This document shows, piece after piece, positions 59,861-64,000 of a stretch of DNA of 64,000 bases. Within the stretch, counting starts at the first letter, position 1. Every line of letters starts with the position of its first letter. The notes below the pieces were generated by a model, which was not told where the DNA came from, ran no database searches, and saw only the letters and a list, made by a program, of their open reading frames with translations. This DNA comes from Acanthaster planci (taxonomy: Eukaryota). Position numbers and translations under genes: made by a program. The DNA lies in the NCBI RefSeq assembly GCF_001949145.1, contig NW_019091360.1, positions 4,234,159-4,298,158 on the forward strand, written 5' to 3'.

Positions 59861-61944
59861 CAGGAAGGAGTAGAACATACACTCACCTAAATTTGTGTGT
59901 GGCATTAAACACTAATCATCTGTAATTATACGCATACACCCAGTCTGCCTTTCTGGCGGTATGACCCAATTTAATAAAAACTGACCAAATCAAACTCTCC
60001 CTTAAATTTGAGACCTATGACCAAAGTTGTTAATTATATTTCACATAGGCTGAGTAGTCTATTGAACACCACCGCGCTTGCCCACTATGTCAATAACTAT
60101 ATGTAGGACGTATATAAGTTGATTGAGCTCTGAGTTCGTGTTCGTGTGAGCTAAGTTTGACAGCGATAAAGTACATGATTAATTGATATTGTAACACTTT
60201 GATATTCGACACAGCTGCACAATATTAATGATTAATGGAAGTCTACCCGTTATACTTGGTTGCACCTCATGAATTAGATTCAAAAAAGAGCAATAATCTT
60301 GTGTCATGCGTAGTTACTTGTCAGGTTTTGTGGATTCGCGTCCGGCAATGACCGATGTTTGCTTTAAAAACAAAGACTTGAACTCTCTCGATATTACTGC
60401 TATTAAATATACTACCGGGCTACCTAAGACACTGATTAAGAATGTATTCACAAGTTAAAGTGTGTTCGTGCTAGGAAGTTCGATGGATCAATATGTCAAT
60501 ACCCAGCGTACTGAAGCATTCTTATTTCATTTGAAAGGTTACATTTTTTAGCCGTTGACTGTCCTTGTTAAATTAAGTTTGGATGTCTGCATGTTCTTGT
60601 TCCTCCTCAGATTTGCAAGTTTTTCAATTTCTCTTCCCTCGTTTGACAAACGGTTTCTTTGATGGTTTGCTTTATTTCAATTCAGATATCTTTTTTTGTA
60701 AATTCATATCATACAAAGTACAGAAACCTGTCTAAGTCTTGTGAAATTCCATTTGGCAGTATTGCACCGAAAGTACTGTGGAAATTTGTTGTATTGTTAG
60801 ACTAACCCGCCATACCTACATGTACATTATCCTGCATAGCGTGAATCCCTCAGGAAATGAATGATGTCAAAACACTGTGTTGCATTGTAATGATACAAAT
60901 TACGATGAATTCGTCCATTCTGATGTAGTATTTGTTTCTAATCATCAGCAGAACAAAGTGAGGCCTTTTTTCCCATTGTTTTTATACCATGTTAATCTCA
61001 CAAATCATCTAAATAATTCATAGTGATAAAACTATCATAACTAAAATTATTATATTCTATAATGGCAGCGGAACATGCTACTTTTTAGAGATTGGGTCGA
61101 TATAAGTGTACTTCAAAAATTAATCCTTCAATCAATATGAGTTATATCCGTTGCAAGAGAAGGTGTCTCAATAATGTTACACCGATTTCAATAAGTGCTG
61201 CTCAGCATGTCAAATACATCATCACGTGGGCTCATTTATTTATCAAATTCTCACTATACAAAGCCATATATGAATAATTGTTCAAAAATATTTTTCTTTA
61301 TAAACTGCTATATATGTATAATATTTTCTATAGTTTGTGCCAAAGTATTTACTCCGTATTCAAATAGTATACGCTGTATTTTAATAGTAGATATGCAGAA
61401 AAATGGAACTTGTTTACATAAAAATTAAAACAGGCGGTCGATACTGATCTGAGATTTAAAGTGTTAGTTAATACTGGTTGTTCAACACGCACCTTTGAGT
61501 TTTTGTACTTTTGCAATTAGCCTTTCGTTGCGCTACCAAATCCAAAAAAGAGAACAACTGCGTCAGGGAGAGAAAATGGGAGTGCTTTCTTGAGAAGAGG
61601 CTACTATCTCCAGATTTGCTGGTGACAAAAAAATTTGAAACTGACAAAACAAAGTAGAAACGGAGCCATATCAACGTGTGAGATTCTGTATACATTGCGC
61701 ACTATTACTACTGTAACACTTAACTTGTGGTGTAAATCGAACACATTCGACAGATTGTCTTTGCAGAGTACCCGGCAATTATATTTTTGGAATATTTTAA
61801 CAATAGCAGTAGAGGGCGCAGGAGAATACAAATGATTCGAAACAACAGCATAACTCCACCAAAATGTTAATGTTCCCAGCTTCTATAATTTTGCAATGAT
61901 GCTCAAGGTGACGATGTACCTAGTTTGTCTCCTTTTCCCCAGCC

Positions 61945-62437
61945 TTTGTGGTCGAGTTCGGCCGGCCTATTCTTGACACGGGTTTCTTGATCTTGCGCTC
62001 GAACGTCGGGCACACGACTCAAGAACACTGCTCTCGGAACAGGATCACACACCACCTCCTCGTCAGGGTTTTACAGGAACACACGGAAAAACTCGTAAGA
62101 AATGGCTTCCAAAGCAATAGACAATGGGAAGTTTTGCAAAATTAACAATAACCCTCCTCAATCCTTCACCTGTTGGAGGACGGAGGAGTGTTAGGGTTAA
62201 TTATTTTCCGGAACACAGAAATGAATGTTACTAATAAATAGAAAAGAATTCAGCCCGTCCAAACATTAACTCCCGAATAACGTAGCCTACAGGGACGCCG
62301 CCATGTTGCATGTTGCTTGTCACTAACTACCAGCGATAACCGGTTGTTTGTTCTCGGCGTTCGAGCGGCTACCCACGAACAACAAATCGAGCTGTTCGTG
62401 AAATAAGGGGAACAAGCCGCCAGAACTCGGCCTATGC
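61945..62437 (+). repeat. Dispersed ~470-bp repeat, copy 2, carrying a mini-MITE insertion
   Basis: Reverse-complement similarity to 45345-45815 along its length. Confidence 0.85.
62151..62197. mobile_element. Second copy of the hairpin mini-MITE (47 bp, 6-bp deletion in left arm), TA-flanked
   Basis: ACCCTCCTCAATCCTTCACCTGTTGGAGGACGGAGGAGTGTTAGGGT matches 8970-9022 and is absent from the paralogous site near 45575. Confidence 0.8.
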
Positions 62438-64000
62438 GTTCCTCAAGAACCTTGTTACTCCTGCCATTCCGTCGGCATGGCGACTTATATATTTTTGTAA
62501 CGCCCTCTGTAGACAAGGATAAACGCCGTAAAATGTTTTGACCTGCGGAGACAAAGTGAGTATCACTTTGGAATAGTTGAACGATTTTTTTAAATTGAAA
62601 GTAATGGTTTTGTTCAGAAGTGCAATACAGTCTAGAATGGACAAAAACAAAACGGACAAATAAACGAAATCTAAGCGCTTTCTTTTCATGGTGTATCGAC
62701 ATTTATTTGTCCTCCAAACTTACCGCTGATTTCTCTTATGAGCAACCTTGGGACAGACATTCCTACTAATTACGGATTTCTATGAAGACAGCTAATAAAA
62801 CGGAAAAGACAATATTCGTATGTAGAGGGCGCACTGGCTATTCCTGATGGAGAGCTAGTATTGTGACAACTTAGAAGCCATACCTATTAGTAGGCATGAA
62901 CGTAACGATGAATTGTTCAACTTTGATCACTCGTATGTTGAATCAACCCAAATCGTTATAAATTAAACCATATTTTTTCCACCGATTAGTGTGATTCCTT
63001 GCAAAACACACTAGTATCATGCAGCATGCACGTCATACAAGGTCTGACGTTGCAATTCTTTGGTTCTACAGTGTCTAGGTCTAATCACCGATGATCTGTT
63101 ACGTAATTTGGACTAAAACATTTGATATTCATTTATTTTTATAAGTGCACGCAGAAATGACCTCAAACTTCGAATGCTAACCGGTTATTTCGACTTAGAT
63201 TTCAAGTAACAGCTGGCTTTTTTTTTTTAAAACTTTTTCCCCTTGGTGGACATCAAAATTATCCTTCGTGTCTTACTTTTTCCCGGAAAATGAAAAAACC
63301 AAGCATCCAATGGTATCAACAAAGTGCAACTCTTTCCGTGCAAAATATACTTTTAGATGATTTGGAATTTCTTTGCAGTAAAGTTGTACGTCATAATGTA
63401 TGAGGTACAAATGGAAAGCGACAACAAAGATTTGATTGTCATTTGTTAAATATCGAATTCAGTATAAGTATGGGAGCCTTTCAGTACCTGACCGTTACAA
63501 AAGTATATCTTCCCCGGTTAAGTAAAACGCACCGAGAATGAAGGTCTTCAACATTGCAGAAATATTTCCTCAGGCTCCTCTTTTGTGTAAAACCTACTGT
63601 CTAATGGAACTCGGCTGCGCATTCGTGTACTGCTCGTAATTTGGCAATGTGCACGGTAAATGAAGGGAAGAACTTAACAAGAGGGCAGAAACTAGTACGT
63701 ACTGTCGCCATTTAGGAAGCCCAAGGTTGTCACTATAAACATTTTACACTTGTTATTTGCTTGGCGTGTATCTGTGGAATTAACGTGGCCAATTATAATT
63801 TTTTTTATTTTAATTGAGCGTTTCGACTGGTGAAAACTACACTTAACACATTGAAAAAATACTTCGCAAAATACTCAGATAACGTGTTAGATATCCAAAA
63901 TCTATGATCTGTCTGAAATTAATTGTGATCTTGACCGATTTTCGGCAATGTAGCTGTCCTTAATGACACACGAAGTACTCCATTCTAACTTACAATGCCT

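Overview
Intron-rich, AT-rich eukaryotic (invertebrate metazoan-like) genomic window. It holds six spliced protein-coding genes, all on the + strand: DERA (860-8111), an unrecognised ~855-aa two-exon gene (11158-14156), COPB1 (16597-26051), INCENP (30379-41512), an EFCAB3/SPATA21-like EF-hand gene (46974-51500) and WDR86 (54103-59860). Exon chains were built by hand from GT-AG sites and each closes in frame. Introns and intergenic DNA hold tRNA-derived SINEs, many MITE-like inverted-repeat elements, minisatellites, local duplications and one 552-N assembly gap. The most interesting patterns: (i) a perfect CRE palindrome just upstream of each of the three non-housekeeping genes, with RFX X-boxes near two of them, alongside PKA-site clusters, a PKA pseudosubstrate-like motif, EF-hands and PP1-docking motifs in the proteins, which suggests a cAMP/Ca2+ ciliary or sperm programme (inference); (ii) a ~50-bp hairpin mini-transposon whose filled and empty sites can both be seen here; (iii) a CCAAT/CHR/MYB-type G2/M promoter on INCENP. 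No CRISPR, rRNA or intact tRNA was seen. Homology calls come from recalled family motifs, not from database searches.
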